A DNA stretch of 62,371 nucleotides, counting the filler, from Stramenopiles sp. TOSAG23-6 (lineage: Eukaryota): NCBI GenBank assembly GCA_900128565.1. It is 26 parts of 26 records of this genome, joined end to end, with 100 filler letters (N's around TTAATTAATTAA, not from the genome) between each part and the next. Parts side by side here need not be neighbours in the genome. Positions count along the whole stretch, not along the records: positions 36,164 to 38,463 come from LT638148.1; positions 38,564 to 40,863 come from LT638149.1; positions 40,964 to 43,261 come from LT638150.1; positions 43,362 to 45,653 come from LT638151.1; positions 45,754 to 48,045 come from LT638152.1; positions 48,146 to 50,437 come from LT638153.1; 20 more parts are not named here. The stretch is one strand, 5' to 3'. The notes beneath the pieces are model-generated. The model worked only from the letters and a program-made list of their open reading frames with translations, searched no databases and was not told the DNA's origin. How positions within the stretch are numbered: the stretch's first letter is position 1; the number at the start of each line of letters is the position of its first letter. A program made the translations under genes and the position numbers. Shown one piece after another: positions 37,182-48,359 of this stretch.

Positions 37182-38463
37182 ATGGTAGTATCATCGGAGA
37201 ATGTTGAATCAATTGTACATAATGTGGTTAATAATACACAAGTAGTTGACCTTCATACTCATTTATTTCCATTTACTCACGATGATTTATTTGTGTATGG
37301 CATTGATGAGTTATTGACATATCACTATCTCATTGCTGAGTTCTTTGCAGTTGCGTCGAATGAAATTTCCACTGAAGTGTTTTTCTCTCTGACAAAACAG
37401 AAACAAGCAGATTTGATTTGGTACAAACTGTTTATCCAGCGTTCCCCAATATCCGAGGCTTGTCTGGGCGTTTTGACAGTTCTAAAAAAGTTAGGTTTAG
37501 ATACTTTCATTGTAAATCGTGATCTTCAAGGTATTCGTTCATGGTATGCAAAATTTTCACCAGAAGAATTTGAATCTTTAGTATTTACAAAAGCTAAAGT
37601 ACGATATGCAGTCATGACTAATATCCCATTTGACCCAGTCGAAGCAAAACATTGGATGAACAACAAAAAAGTTTCAAGTTATTATGTACGTTTTATTTTA
37701 TTTTATTTTTTTTTTGTTTTTCGTACGAAATTTTGTACCTAACGAATTTTCAATTTTTTTTTTGAAATATTTTTCCAAAATAAACAAGTCTGCTCTGCGC
37801 GTAGATGCTTTACTTTCAGCCAATGGATGGGACACTGTCTCAAAATCGCTTGTTGCTGCTGGTTTTCCAGCATCTATTGAAGGTGCACGAGAATATTTAC
37901 GATCTTGGATTAAACGAATGAACGTTTTTTTTTTTGAAATTTTTTTTTTGAAATTTTTTTTTTTGAAATTTTTTTTTCGTACGAAATTTTGTACCTAACA
38001 GTTTTTTTTAGATTTTTTTTTTTTGAATTTTTTCACAATAAATATCTCCTGTATATTTAATGGCATCGACGCCCTGTGGATTTGCAACTCCTCTTCCATA
38101 CCAAAATTCCGTACCTAAAAACCCTAACCCTAACAGCAGTGAAGAATATCCGTCACCACAAACACTTCTTGTTGATGTTATAATATACGTTGCTCGTGAA
38201 CAAAATTTGGCTGTAGCGATGAAAATTGGCGCTGATCGATGTGTAAATCCTTGTTTGCACACAGCTGGTGATGTATATTTTCATCATGAATTTCAAATTT
38301 ATTTATTTTTTTTTTTTTTATAGAAAATTTCAAATTTTTTTTTTTTTTTCAAAATTTTAAATTTTTTTAAACAATTTTCTGTTGTTTCACATTTTGTCAA
38401 TATTATAGGGTGTCGAAGTCGCTGATCTTTCAATCATCAAATATTTCTGTCAAAATTTTCCAG
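37182..38463 (+). CDS. Uronate (glucuronate) isomerase of the Bacillus halodurans BH0493-like amidohydrolase group, 3' truncated
   Basis: VVDLHTHLF, GIDELLTYHYLIAEF, QADLIW..LF..RSPISEAC.GV, VMTNIPFD. Introns: 37686-37785, 37920-38043, 38273-38408. Confidence 0.82.
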
Positions 38464-38659
38464 NNNNNNNNNNNNNNNNNNNNNNNNNNNNNNNNNNNNN
38501 NNNNNNNTTAATTAATTAANNNNNNNNNNNNNNNNNNNNNNNNNNNNNNNNNNNNNNNNNNNNTATTTCAAAAAAAAAAACTTAAATTTGTTAGGTACAA
38601 AATTTCGTACGAAAAAAAAATGGATTTTTTTTTTACCGGAAAAAAAAAATAAAACATAC

Positions 38660-39588
38660 ATGACATCTTCATTTAAATTTCGAAACCATTGACTTCTATT
38701 ATCAAATTTGCTCCATGTCAATTGTGACAAATCTATAAGTTCGTTGGATCCTAGGACACCATCATCATGGACATCAAACTGTGTAAATAAATAAGACGTA
38801 TATTGTAGAATTTGTTCTAACTTTACATTTGAAATATCTTTTTCTATCTGACTAAATTTTTGCAATTTCCTACTTTTTAGGTTTGGGTTAGGGTTAAGAG
38901 TAGGCTTTAAATTAATTTTAATTTTAACCCCAAGAGGTCCAATTGATGCAGCTTGCATCAAACCTACCACCTGAGCTTGTTTTGCTTTCCACATTTGAAG
39001 GATACTCACTTGACACCACTCGGTATTCGAGAATTCATCGTGCAAAGACAATAATCTAGACAGCAAAGTTTTTTTCTTTTTTTGCTTTACGAAATAGTTC
39101 ATTGGGTTAGAGTTTTGGTTAATTAGGGACATTTGTTTATCCAAAAAAATCATTTGTTTATCTAAAAATTCCAAATCTACACCCTCATCACTATACGATT
39201 GCATTATTGTATCCGCATCAGCATCATTTAATGGTTGGTATGTTGTTTTTTCTAACTGTACTAATTTATTTTTTCTTGCACTTGACTTTCGCATTTCTTC
39301 TTCAATAGTGACGAATTTACTCAAATGTGTGATTCTTCTTGCTTCACAAAGAAGCATATTAAATATTACCCTATTCTGGTTCATTTTCCGTGCCCAGGAA
39401 ACAAAAGCTATGCTAGCTGCTTTCTGATCACTTGATGACCAGCCACTGTTTTGTCTTGACACGCGAATGAAGGTCTCTTTAGCGACATTAAACCTATATT
39501 GATCTGCATCTGCTGACCGCGCAAATTCTTTCAGTATTTCACTTATAGTTGCCGATGGTTTTGGCATACCTTCAACTGCGAAATCCAT
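38660..39588 (-). CDS. Hypothetical protein with an EF-hand, exon 1
   Basis: LFTQFDVHDDGVLGSNEL. Confidence 0.55.
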
Positions 39589-39931
39589 AATTTCTATACA
39601 AATATAAGGCAAACGCTTTACAGTATTATCGTGACTAGGAGTAGGACGAAGGCCTTGTGTAGGTAGACAACAAATCAAATGACGTTTCAAACGTTTCAAA
39701 CCGTTTCAAAAAAGCGACCGTTAATTAAAAAAGGGGTTCAGGTTTTGAAAGCCTTACCTTATGTTCTGACAGGATAAATTTGGATTAACAAAGAATATAA
39801 GCATAAACAATATATATATATATCAACATGCAAGAAATATGTACAAGATGAGTGAGTTATATTTACTTAAAGAACTTGTTAAACAATTGAGATGAACGTA
39901 CAGATTTGAATAGTAGTTTCCAACGTAGAGA

Positions 39932-40863
39932 ATGGAGTTTAAGTCAAATCAGTATAGTAATCAACAACTAGGTATTGCTTTCACGCTTCCAGAGGAACTT
40001 CATGAAATGGGAATACAAACAAGAATGCTAGAAAATGCTTTGCAAAAAGCATTCCCCGTTGAGCAAATAAACAAAAAAGAAATAACGCTAAATGAAACAA
40101 ATGCACTTCGGTTGAAGCTATTTATTTTCCAACTTGAAAAGAAGAATCAGCAAAATCTTTCCAACGCATTTGCAAAATGGAAAGATTTGATAATAAAACA
40201 ATTGCGAGCAAATTTAATGAAGTGCAAATTCAAATTCTATCTTGAACAATATAAGGAGAGGACATCGCATATATGTATTCAAAGAAATATGCTCGAGTGG
40301 GGAAAAATACATGAATTTGAAAAACTACAAATTTGGGAAGAGATGGAGGTCGCTATAAAAGTGAGAGAGCAACATATTTCTCTTTTGACTCTGAACTCTG
40401 TCGCCGATCGATATCAATTACGTATGATTTTTCGTTATTTTACAGGATGGAAAAATTATATAAGTATAATTCGCCAATATAACTGGGGAGGATCGCAACC
40501 TAACCATAGAATAATTTTGGGAGTAGCCACAAGCGAAATAGCTCAAGGACATGCTATATATATCCTACATGCAGTATTCAATGTACTTTTGAAGAAACGT
40601 ATTTGGAGAGCATGGTGTGCATGGCGCGAAATCATTCATGTCTCGATTTGTAAGGATATAAGATATTTGCAAAAATTTAGAGAAGCAAATACTTTAAAGG
40701 AATATGCTCTGTATATTCTAAATAAGACATTAAAGAGATTATCGCGTAAAAGATGCTGGTCAGCATGGTGTACCTGGAGGGGTAAGTTTTATATTTCACA
40801 GAATGACAAAGATATGCTTTTAGCACGAACGGAACAACAAAAGCTTGAAAGGAGACATGCTAC
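39932..40863 (+). CDS. Protein with Sfi1-like (F/W-x-x-W-K/R) repeats, 5' part
   Basis: AFAKWK, RYFTGWK, RAWCAWR, SAWCTWR. Confidence 0.5.
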
Positions 40864-41067
40864 NNNNNNNNNNNNNNNNNNNNNNNNNNNNNNNNNNNNN
40901 NNNNNNNTTAATTAATTAANNNNNNNNNNNNNNNNNNNNNNNNNNNNNNNNNNNNNNNNNNNNCGGTGATAGTATGTTTTCATCATGATTTTTAATTTTT
41001 TTTTCATACGAAATGTTGTACCTAATACATATTTGAAAATTTTTTGAAATATTTGTTCACAATATAT

Positions 41068-42561
41068 GAAGTGGTGATATCATTGAATGTTATATTTCTT
41101 GTGTTGAATTTCAAATCAAACATACAAATGAATATTTGTCGGCTTTGTGTGGAAGAAATACTCAAAATATTGAAAAAAAAAGATGGCCTTGAGGCGTCTT
41201 TAACAATTGCTAGAAAAGGTCTAATATCTGCAAATACAGCTCTTGTGGCTTCAACAAAAGAAAATCACAAGGTTTATTCCAAGCTATCTGAACAAAAAGA
41301 GTCAGCAACATCCGAGTATGAAAAACTCTGGAATGAGAATAAAAAATATAATACTAAAATTGTACAATTAGAATATGAAATAAAACATTTACAAAAACAA
41401 CAAAATAGTATAAAACACGAATCGAAGTCTCAAATTAGAAAAGGTATCAATCATATCGATTCAAAATACTCTTTACAGAAAAATCGAGATTTTTTGGCGT
41501 GTAATGAAAGTAAAAAGAAACACGATGATAGCTCATCATGTGATTCAGATTCAAACTCAGACTCAAATTCTGATTTAAATGTAGATGTAAAAAACGAAAA
41601 ATTGTCACAAAAGTTAAAAAATACACGAAATCTTTTAAAGACAATGTCACAAGAAAAAGCACAACTAATAAATATGAGTAAACGATTGAAGTCTGAGCTA
41701 CGAAAAATGGCAACCGAGAAGAAAACTATTGAAGAAAATACACGACATCCATTGAAATCTGAGAAGAAAACCATTAAAGAAAATACACGAAATCCATTGA
41801 AATCTGATTTACAAATAGAAAAACAAGATGAATATACTCAGAAAATATTAGCTGTGAAGAGCGCCCTTGAAACTTTAGCAAAGCATAATAAAGCATTAGA
41901 TGATGATGATAATTATTTGCCACACGAAAAACATGAAACTACAAAACATACAATGAAACCTCCACAACAAAATGTGTCGAAACAACTTTGGGCACCAAAT
42001 GTTTCAAAAGTTCCAAAAACAAGTTTTCGTGTTTCTACATCAAGTCGCTTTGGTGGCCCTGTAGCGACATCAAGTGGTCGAATGACAAAGAGTCAAAAGG
42101 ACGCCGCAAAGAGAATTCAGAAGCGTCATCAAAAATCGATCCAACAAAAAAAAAATATTCCTAGAAATTATGTAGAATTGAAAAAAATACAAATGGAAAA
42201 AGTAAAAAATATACAAAATAATGATACTACTGAAACAAAAGATAATATATATAAAAGTAATATAAATAGTGGAAATTCTGGACATTATAACCCTAACCCT
42301 AACAACAATTCTTGCGATGTAGAACTTTTATTAGCAATGCAGCAACAACTGAAGAGGAGATGTGTAACTCGGAATCATTTATTTATTGTTAGTGATGCCG
42401 ATAGAAATAATAAACTTTCTTTGAAAGAATTCGAGAAAGGAATAGCTCTCGTTGGTGTTCGACCAATCCCTAATAAAAAAGAGATTCAAATATTATTTGA
42501 ATCGTATGATATTGATCAGGATGGCTCAATTGTGTGGAGTGAGATTAAAAGTAAAATATAA
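41068..42561 (+). CDS. Coiled-coil protein with a C-terminal EF-hand pair
   Basis: DADRNNKLSLKEF and LFESYDIDQDGSIVWSEI. Confidence 0.7.
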   Translation, partial: EVVISLNVIFLVLNFKSNIQMNICRLCVEEILKILKKKDGLEASLTIARKGLISANTALVASTKENHKVYSKLSEQKESATSEYEKLWNENKKYNTKIVQLEYEIKHLQKQQNSIKHESKSQIRKGINHIDSKYSLQKNRDFLACNESKKKHDDSSSCDSDSNSDSNSDLNVDVKNEKLSQKLKNTRNLLKTMSQEKAQLINMSKRLKSELRKMATEKKTIEENTRHPLKSEKKTIKENTRNPLKSDLQIEKQDEYTQKILAVKSALETLAKHNKALDDDDNYLPHEKHETTKHTMKPPQQNVSKQLWAPNVSKVPKTSFRVSTSSRFGGPVATSSGRMTKSQKDAAKRIQKRHQKSIQQKKNIPRNYVELKKIQMEKVKNIQNNDTTETKDNIYKSNINSGNSGHYNPNPNNNSCDVELLLAMQQQLKRRCVTRNHLFIVSDADRNNKLSLKEFEKGIALVGVRPIPNKKEIQILFESYDIDQDGSIVWSEIKSKI

Positions 42562-42593
42562 CCCTAACCCTATTCAGTTTATATTATTATTTT

Positions 42594-43261
42594 TTATTTT
42601 TCTTCTTCACTTTGCTTAAATTTCCCTTCAAAATAATTATCCCACAAATTCTGAAATATATCTGGCTGAGTACGTGACCAAATTAAATATTTTGGAACTT
42701 TTTTGTTGTTTTTAGACAAAAGCGCACGTTTTACTATATTTTCAGTAACATAGTGGAAAGAAACTCCATTCAACTTATGCCCTGCCATTCTATGAGTTAT
42801 TTCTCTAGCAAAATGAGATAAATTGCTAAATTTTGTCAACTGAACACGCTCGCCGCTACCAGCTTTAAAATTGCCTCGAAGAGCTTGTTTCCAATCAATA
42901 ACTGAAGCCCAAGACCTCGCAACAGCCATTTCAATTTCACCAATTTTTTTTGAAAATTTTTCATTTCTGATTGGTTTGACAGCGACGTTACTATTTTTTC
43001 TCCGAGAATCCTTTGCTTTTTGCATTGATCTGTATATATACTCAATAGCATCTGCCACACTACTGTATGGATATTTTTCTATTTTTTTCTCATTTGTGTT
43101 TTTTTTCTTTTTTTTTGATGTCTTTGGAGAAGAATTCACATCCAGTTTGTTTTTGGTATGAACTTTATTACTTTCACCCAACTCAATTTCTTGAGACTTT
43201 TTATCATTCTGAAAACTTTGATCACCCATATTTTGTAATGGATTATTCACATTTTTCTTCG
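42594..43261 (-). CDS. Hypothetical protein C-terminus
   Basis: 218-aa ORF, open toward the gap. Confidence 0.5.
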
Positions 43262-43418
43262 NNNNNNNNNNNNNNNNNNNNNNNNNNNNNNNNNNNNNNN
43301 NNNNNTTAATTAATTAANNNNNNNNNNNNNNNNNNNNNNNNNNNNNNNNNNNNNNNNNNNNATTTTGTACCTAATAAATTTTAGTTTTTTTTTTTTGAAA
43401 TATTTTTTCACAATACGT

Positions 43419-44897
43419 GTGCCTTTTTATGCTGTGCCTCCTGTGTTGCTATTATTAAATGCGTTTCCTGTTAGCGCTATTGGAAAATTAGACAGAAAGC
43501 TAGTATCATCTGAAAATGCAAGAAAATTACCCAAAATGATTTCGACAATGTCAGCGAATGAAAATTATGAAAATATTAAGGAAAATAATGAAAATAATGA
43601 AAATATTAAGGAAAATAATTATAATAATGATGATGGTGTTTGTGTATCCGAGGAAGATATTTTAAAGACTCCAATTGAACATCAATTGGCATCAATTTGT
43701 ACGTTTTCCTATACAATTTCAAATTTATTTTTTTATTTTTCCTAGAAAATTTCGAATTTCAAATTTATTTTTATTTTTCCTAGAAAATTTCGTACCTAAT
43801 GATTCTTTTTTCGACATATTATTTTTCACTATACAGGGGAAACATTATTAAGTTTGGATACGTCCAGTGTTGGAGCATTTGATTCTTTTTTCCTCGTTGG
43901 TGGTCATTCTTTACTCGCTGTTCGTTTATGTAGGTTTTTTTTTTTTTTTGAATTTTTTTTTAAATTTTTTTTTATAGTTTATTTTGTACCTAACAAAAAA
44001 CAATTTTTAATTTTTAAATATTTTTTTTTTTGTAGCAGCTAAAATAAAAGCAGAATTCTTTACTAAAAAAGACCCGGGTAATGAATCTTCTGTATGTTTT
44101 ATGAAAAATCATTTGAAATTAAGTGACATTGTTCAAAATCCTGAATTGAGACAAATGGCAAGTTTAATTGAAGAAAGATTAAAACTTCATAATGTAAATA
44201 CAAAATCGAATACAAAATCAATACATTCTGAAACATCTAAAAAATTTAATTTTTCTATTGATATAGAAACTAAATTATCTGATGATATTTATCCTGCAGC
44301 AACACGAAAAACGGGATATTCACGAGTTCGTCCATTTCAACAAATTGAATCAAATAAGGTTCCAAATCGGATATTATTGACTGGAGCTACTGGTTTTCTC
44401 GGTGCTTTTCTATTATTAGAATTGTTATCAAATACGACAGCGACAATTTATTGTATTGTCCGTGCTAAAAATGATGATATTGCTTTCAAAAGAATAATTG
44501 ATAATTTATCAAAGTATGACATGAATAATGATATTATTCTTTCAAGTATTGAAAACGATCGAATTATTGGAATCTCTGGTGATTTATCGCGTATGTTTTT
44601 GTATCATGAATTTTACTATTTATTCCTTACAAAAAATAGGTTTTTTTATTTGTGTAGTACAAAATTTCATACCTAACAAAAACAAAAACAAATTTCAATA
44701 TTTTTTTTTTCCTTTATAGTAAATTTCATACCTAACAAAAACAAAAACAAATTTCAATATTTTTTCATGATACATGTCCTTTGGTAGGATTATCCACTCG
44801 GGCGTTTCAAGAATTAGCAACAATTATTGATGTCATTATTCACAATGGTGCAGAAGTGAATTTAATAAAATCATATGAATCACTTAAATCTACAAAT
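43419..44897 (+). CDS. NRPS-like adenylation-thiolation-reductase protein (internal exons)
   Basis: A-domain end (PFYAVP...FPVSAIGKLDRK), T domain (LASI|WETLL...DSFFLVGGHSLLAVRL) and thioester reductase (ILLTGATGFLGAFLL, GDLS|RPLVGL, IIHNGAEVN). Confidence 0.88.
43699..43836 (+). other. Family intron with canonical GT-AG ends (defines the family register)
   Basis: att t|gtacgtttt...cgtacctaat...cactatacag|gg gaa gives the conserved Trp of the T domain. Confidence 0.85.
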
Positions 44898-45065
44898 GTA
44901 TGTTTTATTTTTTTTTTTTAACAAAAAAATCGAATTTTTTTTTCGTACGAAATGTTGTACCTAACAATTTTTTTTTTTACAAAAAAAAAAATTTTATAAC
45001 CAAAAAATTTTTTTTTTTTTTTTTTTTTTTCATACAAAAATTTTTACCTAAAAAAAAATTAATTT

Positions 45066-45096
<31 letters not shown>

Positions 45097-45136
45097 TGAC
45101 TAAAAAAAAAAAATTAAAATATTTTTTACAATATAT

Positions 45137-45573
45137 TCATTCTCAAGATGAATCATCCCAACCAAAAGAACCAAAAGAACCTGGTCAAGTTGGACGTCGT
45201 CCAAATGCATTATCGTATAGATCACTCATAAAAGCTCATTTGAAAACAGGGGGTCAAATTCGAAATTCGAGAAGTGCATGTATGGTTTTATTTTTTTTTC
45301 AATTTTTTTTCAAAATTTTTTTTTTCGTACGAAATTTTGTACCTAACAAATTTTTCTAGATTTTTTTTTGAAATATTTTTTCAAAATGCATCTGCTCATA
45401 TGGGAGGTGTTGGTTGTAATATTTTTTACAGACTTGCAGCAACTTCATTATTCAATTGTGAAGCCGAAAGAGGATATAGAGCTGTTGTGAAGGCAAATCG
45501 GCAAGGTAAGAAAGGCATCGCTGCACAAATTTTGGCAAGTGAAGAGCTCGCCATGGCTGATGATGCTGGATAT
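45137..45573 (+). CDS. Two internal exons of an unrelated hypothetical gene (intron 45280-45391)
   Basis: NSRSA|SAHMGG joins in frame. It is neither phase-compatible with nor homologous to the reductase domain. Confidence 0.5.
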
Positions 45574-45868
45574 GTACGTTAGGGTTAGGGTTTTTTTTTT
45601 AAAATTTGAATTTTTTTTTGTTTTGGAAACCCTAAAAACGTTTTTAACTAACGNNNNNNNNNNNNNNNNNNNNNNNNNNNNNNNNNNNNNNNNNNNNTTA
45701 ATTAATTAANNNNNNNNNNNNNNNNNNNNNNNNNNNNNNNNNNNNNNNNNNNNAGATGAAGAGAAAGAATGGAGTGGATTTTTTCCGTTGTTAAATTTGT
45801 TTTCATAATTGTAAGAAAAAGTAAAGTAAAAAGTTAAAAAAAAACATGACAAATGCAATTTTGGATGA

Positions 45869-45904
<36 letters not shown>

Positions 45905-46299
45905 CAAATTTTTGATTTTTTTTTTGTGTTCCCCTACATGTTATATAATGTAAAAGACAAATTAAATAAAACCAAGGGGAATCCTCTGAAAATATCGACA
46001 ATATATTGTATAATTGTATACTACTATATACATCATATGTATTGTACATGTGTTCCATTGAATCAATATATAGTCTAAATATTAAAAGTTTAAAAAAAAT
46101 AATAATAAATTGTCAATTTTGTATTTGTCGACGTTTATTTTGTAAAAAAAAATGCACATAAAAACTCGATAATTTCTTTACCTTTTGTTGTAGTGTCGCC
46201 ATAATAATACTATAATATTATATACATGATTTATGTATCATATATACGAAAAAAGGCGGCGTAAATGTTACATTGATGGAACAGAAAAGAAAAACTGCT

Positions 46300-46665
46300 T
46301 TACCATTTTTCTGCATCAGCCCAGTCGTTTTGGTCACGGTTTGGTCTTGGAGCTCCCATTACAAAACCACCGTCTTCTGCGGTAACACCAACAGCACGCT
46401 CACGGCCATCATCACCACTTTCAACACGGAAGCGAACCTTTTCTCCATCAGCGAGGGAACGGAATCCATCTGCGTGTACTTGTGTCTGGTGGACGAAGAC
46501 GTCACGGTCTCCAGAATCAGGAATAATGAAACCAAAACCTTTGACAGCATCAAACCATTTTACTGTTCCATAAATCATACCATCCTCTGCTCCAGCGCAG
46601 AAAGATCGTAACATGGTTGGACGGACAATGGAGCCGGTCATTGTAGCAAGGCGAATCATGGACAT
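46300..46665 (-). CDS. Cold-shock domain protein with a mitochondrial-type presequence
   Basis: GTVKWFDAVKGFGFI...DVFVHQT...GFRSLADGEKVRF. Confidence 0.92.
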   Translation of the reverse strand: MSMIRLATMTGSIVRPTMLRSFCAGAEDGMIYGTVKWFDAVKGFGFIIPDSGDRDVFVHQTQVHADGFRSLADGEKVRFRVESGDDGRERAVGVTAEDGGFVMGAPRPNRDQNDWADAEKW

Positions 46666-47019
46666 ATTGTTGAAAATAATTGTTGAATAAATTGATAGTT
46701 TAAGTGAACGACCNAANACAANGGAAAAAGACATGCGCTTCCTTCTACTCTTTTTCACACAAACTTTTTGTGCTGAATTTCTTGACAAAGCAAAGTTGAA
46801 GCAGGTTTGTTTTATTAAGTAGTAATTTTTGGTACAACATTGTGTTTTTTTGACTACCTCTCTATCCGAGTCTTTTTCGATCAATCATGAGCCCGCCCGC
46901 AACAACACACACACTTACTACGTATATTGTACGCACAATAATAATAACTATTGTTGTGGAACAAATAGAGGTAATACTACCCCCCTGAATTTGCATTCTA
47001 CATAATATAATCATCCACC

Positions 47020-47918
47020 ATGGCTGCTGTTGCAAAGATTGCAGAAATTGAACTCGAGATTTCTCGTACACAAAAAAATAAAGCTACAGCAAAACATCTT
47101 GGATCCCTCAAGGCAAAACTTGCGAAACTAAGACGTGAGATTCTTGCGGACGGCCAAAGTGGTGGTGGCGGCGGTGGACAAGGTTTTGAAGTTCAAAAAT
47201 CCGGTGACACCCGTGTAGGTTTGATTGGTTTTCCATCTGTTGGAAAATCAACTTTACTTAGTAAACTAACAAATGTGAAATCTGAAGTCGCAGCGTATGA
47301 GTTTACAACATTGACTTGTATACCAGGTGTAATTTACTATAAAGGTGCAAAGATCCAATTACTCGATTTACCTGGTATTATTGAAGGTGCTAAAGACGGC
47401 AAAGGACGCGGTAAGCAAATTATTGCAACAGCACGAACATGTAATGTTTTACTGGTCGTTTTAGATGTAAATAAGCCACTGACTCATCGTTATCTCATTG
47501 AGAAAGAGTTGGCAGGTTTTTCCATTCGACTAAATCAACAACCTCCAAATATCAAATTTAAAAAGAAAGAAAAAGGAGGTATCAGTTTCACATGTAAAGA
47601 TAAATCCTTAGATATTGATACTGTCAAATCAGTCCTATCTGAATATCGTATTCATAACGCTGATGTCAACATTCGAGAACCTATATGTTTTATTTATTTT
47701 TTTTTTTACAATTTTTTTTTTCGTACGAAATTTTGTACCTAACAAATTTTCAAATTTTTTTTTTGAAATATTTTTCCAAAATACATAATTGCACAGTGGA
47801 ACAGTTGATTGATGTTATTGAAGGAAATCGAATTTATATGCCCTGCCTCTATGTCTTGAATAAAATAGATTCAATCTCAATTGAAGAATTAGATCTGTTA
47901 TCAACTGTCCCACATTAT
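47020..47918 (+). CDS. DRG1: Developmentally regulated GTP-binding protein (DRG1/Rbg1), exons 47020-47682 and 47787-47918, 3' truncated
   Basis: [55 protein letters not shown]. Confidence 0.95.
47683..47786 (+). other. Family intron, AT-AT, 104 nt
   Basis: gaa cct|atatgtttt...caaaatacat|aat tgc aca gtg keeps the conserved CTV..LIDV of DRG. Confidence 0.65.
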
Positions 47919-48145
47919 GTATGTTAGGGTTAGGGTTATTATTATTATTTTTTTTCAATGTTTTGTCTGAATTTAAATTTTTTTTTCAATTTTTTTTTAC
48001 AATTTTTTTTTTCTTACGTAATTTTTTACCTAACAAATTTTCAAANNNNNNNNNNNNNNNNNNNNNNNNNNNNNNNNNNNNNNNNNNNNTTAATTAATTA
48101 ANNNNNNNNNNNNNNNNNNNNNNNNNNNNNNNNNNNNNNNNNNNN

Positions 48146-48300
48146 ATAAGCCAGCAAGTGTTGGTCGTATATCCCATTTGTTGAGTTTAAAACAGCGGGA
48201 AGGACAGAACTTCAAGATCATACAAACAAATGGTCTCACGGGAGAAGGTGTTCATGCTGGTATGATGTGGTTGAATAATGAAATGGTAGGACAAAAATAA
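48146..48300 (+). CDS. ARF/ARL small GTPase, C-terminal fragment
   Basis: ISHLLSL...FKIIQTNGLTGEGVHAGMMWLNNEM. Confidence 0.65.
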
Positions 48301-48359
48301 AATTTGTGAAGTAAACATTTTTCCTCGCAAAAACATAAAAAATTGAAATAAAACACACC

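Noticed and set aside
44898-45573. Apparent fusion of the NRPS reductase to a novel C-terminal domain
   Set aside because: The donor is phase 0 and the next exon phase 2, the reductase domain is cut mid-fold, and the intervening repeat is scrambled. This points to a misjoin through the repeat.
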